This document shows positions 23,301 to 25,789 of a stretch of DNA of 25,789 nt, one piece after another (position 1 is the stretch's first letter; each line of letters opens with the position of its first letter). A program made the translations under genes and the position numbers. The DNA comes from Takakia lepidozioides (lineage: Eukaryota > Plantae > Bryophyta): assembly GCA_030704615.1 (NCBI GenBank), contig JAKLZA010000282.1, forward strand, positions 1-25,789, in the 5' to 3' direction. The notes below the pieces were generated by a model. That model was not told the DNA's origin, made no database searches, and saw only the letters and a program-made list of their open reading frames with translations.

Positions 23301-25789
23301 AATACCAAAGTAACCTGCAGGCCTGATGGGATGAGCAATTCAGATTCTTTGTGTTTCCTATGGATGATTGCATGGCATGTAAATCTGATTACAGCCTGTT
23401 ATGGTAATGATTTCCCTACCCCAGACATAGAACTTGGTCTTGGGGCATGGAATAAGAGGTGGGAATATTACTCTACCCTACCATTGAAATTACACACCAG
23501 CCCCAGATCTAAAACAGATCATGGGGCAAAAACATGGTGTCAATAAGTGACTTGATGTGCGAAATAGGGCAGCTGATTACACCCCGTTGTATAAGCTGCC
23601 AAATATCAGTCCGTAACCCTGCTTTGGTGATGTTCTCTATGTAAAGAAATGCTCTTTTTTGTTCTTACGCCTTCTATGATCATAAATGGCTTCTTTAAGA
23701 CCAACAGACATTTCCAGCCATGAACAGTGATCAATGGATCTTTATTTGGACATGGATACTTACTGCTCAGTCACTTTGGTATGTCCAATGATACAAAAAC
23801 CCAAAACTATACTAGTTTGGGCCAACAATAAATTAGGATGGTTGGTTATGCCTTGGTATGTAAGCTGACCAAAAATACAGACCGAATGACATGGCATGTC
23901 ATGAATGGCACTTTTTAGCATGCTGAACAACGGTTTCCTGCTATGAACAGTGGTAATTGAGTCTCTCATTTTTCCCACCCAGAGACTTCATTGACTTTGA
24001 AGTCTGGGATTTGTCATAAAGCTGACTTGTGAATGAAGAATGGTTGATAATGAGGCTGATTCGTCGTTAATTTTACAATGACCTTGTCAGGGTCTTTGTC
24101 CATGTCTCGACGAGACATAAGTATCTTCCCTCTCTGATTTAGACCAGTGTACTTGGTGGTTCTTGTACACATTATCAACCAATCTCCCTTCTGTTTTCAG
24201 TTTTATGTTTGATTTACTAACACCTTGGTCTGAGCATGACAAAAGGTTATCAATATATGTTCCTGATTGAAGTGATGAACCCAAGGCAATGGGAAGGCCA
24301 AAGCCATGAGATATCAGCCTCCTCTCCCGCCATGACCATGGTGTGGAGCAAGCAAGTCCTTCATAAGGTAAGATCTTCTCCAGCAAAAAAAAATATGTTG
24401 GCTAATTGGTCATGGAGAGTAAGGCATCCTTGAAGGTACCTGAGATAAGCATAGAACATCTATAGGGCTTCTGAATGCTGAAATTTGAGCTAGGCCTTGG
24501 TAAGACAGCTTGCTGGAGTAGACGTGTACACCTTATACAGCATGATCCGGTCAATGCACATTACTCTTGTTTGCCGGTCCCCTGTAGCCGATGCCTTATG
24601 TCAGATTTAGATACCTTATGATAAGAATGAGTTCCATTTCTTTGGCTCAAATGTTTCCGTGTTTCTCCTGGTTATGGCTTTGCTCTTTATAGCACCATAA
24701 AAAAAATACCCAATTATGATATGCTGCTGGTAGATGTTTTGTCTGAATATAACCAGTGGTAAACCCCTGCCAGACTTCATTACCTAAGTCCCAATACCTG
24801 CCCCCTTTGGTTTTGTACACCCAAAACAAGGGGTGGGTAAACACTAAAAGTCTGATATAAGATTTCCCGATTGTTACTTTATGACAATCATTAGGGCGAC
24901 TATCTCTTGTTCCCTATGGCATACTGATGTGACAATGGAGCAACGATATGACGAGCTGATGGCTTTAAAGAGATCTGGTAACATGCTACAATGTAGGGCA
25001 GACCTGTTTTCATGACCAGACGGTGTTCTTGAATGTACAAGCATTGGAAACTCAGCCTCTTTTAGAAGCTGGTTACTTTAGGACACTTGATACCATGCCA
25101 AACTGATATGGATGGATCTTTCGTGGCCAAATCCGGTCCTTGGTTATATGCCCTCGAATGTTTACCTATTTTCCAAAACGGTAAGACATTGGTAGATGTG
25201 AAGAGAATGATTCGGGCATTGTATTCAAGTTGCTTTAGGATAAATAATACCAAAGTAACCTGCAGGCCTGATGGGATGAGCAATTCAGATTCTTTGTGTT
25301 TCCTATGGATGATTGCATGGCATGCAAATCTGATTACAGCCTGTTATGGTAATGATTTCCCTACCCCAGACATAGAACTTGGTCTTGGGGCATGGAATAA
25401 GAGGTGGGAATATTACTCTACCCTACCATTGAAATTACACACCAGCCCCAGATCTAAAACAGATCACGGGGCAAAAACATGGTGTCAATAAGTGACTTGA
25501 TGTGCGAAATAGGGCGGCTGATTACACCCCGTTGTATAATATCAGTCCGTAACCCTGCTTTGGTGATGTTCTCTATGTAAAGAAATGCTCTTATTTTGTT
25601 CTTACGCCTTCTATGATCATAAATGGCTTCTTTAAGACCAACAGACATTTCCAGCCATGAACAGTGATCAATGGATCTTTATTTGGACATGGATACTTAC
25701 TGCTCAGTCACTTTGGTATGTCCAATGATACAAAGAACCCAAAACTATACTAGTTTTTGGGCCAACAATAAATTAGGATGGTTGGGTTA
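20307..25789. repeat. Tandem array of a ~1.94-kb unit, about 2.8 copies, continuing past the window end
   Basis: Landmarks recur at 21203/23142/25087 and 22298/24236; gacc(t)tgtcag occurs at 20323, 22144 and 24080. Copies are near-identical, differing mostly in homopolymer lengths and a few substitutions. Confidence 0.97.

Noticed and set aside
23142-23546. 134-aa plus-strand ORF repeated in each tandem unit, as a real gene
   Set aside because: Non-ATG start and no recognisable domain; its recurrence is explained by recent duplication alone.

Overview
A eukaryotic, plant-type repeat region made almost entirely of nested transposable elements, with no recognisable host gene. From left to right: (1) about 3 kb of unassignable, possibly decayed minus-strand coding sequence followed by a cluster of short inverted repeats; (2) a small Penelope-like (PLE) reverse-transcriptase fragment (LYLKRYIDDGFGIW) cut by (3) a CACTA/En-Spm transposon end (CACTA terminus at 4098, subterminal repeats, minus-strand DUF4216-type transposase C-terminus); (4) the 3' half of an LTR in minus orientation (6716-7225), interrupted by (5) a 13.1-kb non-chromovirus Ty3/Gypsy element of the same family (LTRs 7226-8190 and 19413-20306, PBS, gag with three zinc knuckles, PR-RT-RH-INT, PPT); (6) a ~1.94-kb tandem repeat array running off the window. 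The Gypsy element is the most interesting part. It has an extra ORF before gag and a ~3.8-kb sense ORF after pol (Transposase_32-like domain, coiled coil, unrecognised C-terminal domain), preceded by a CACAGC-motif array that mirrors one in the LTRs. The many 1-bp frameshifts and a patchwork junction at 20307 suggest sequencing or assembly error. All domain calls are by eye from motifs; no searches were run.
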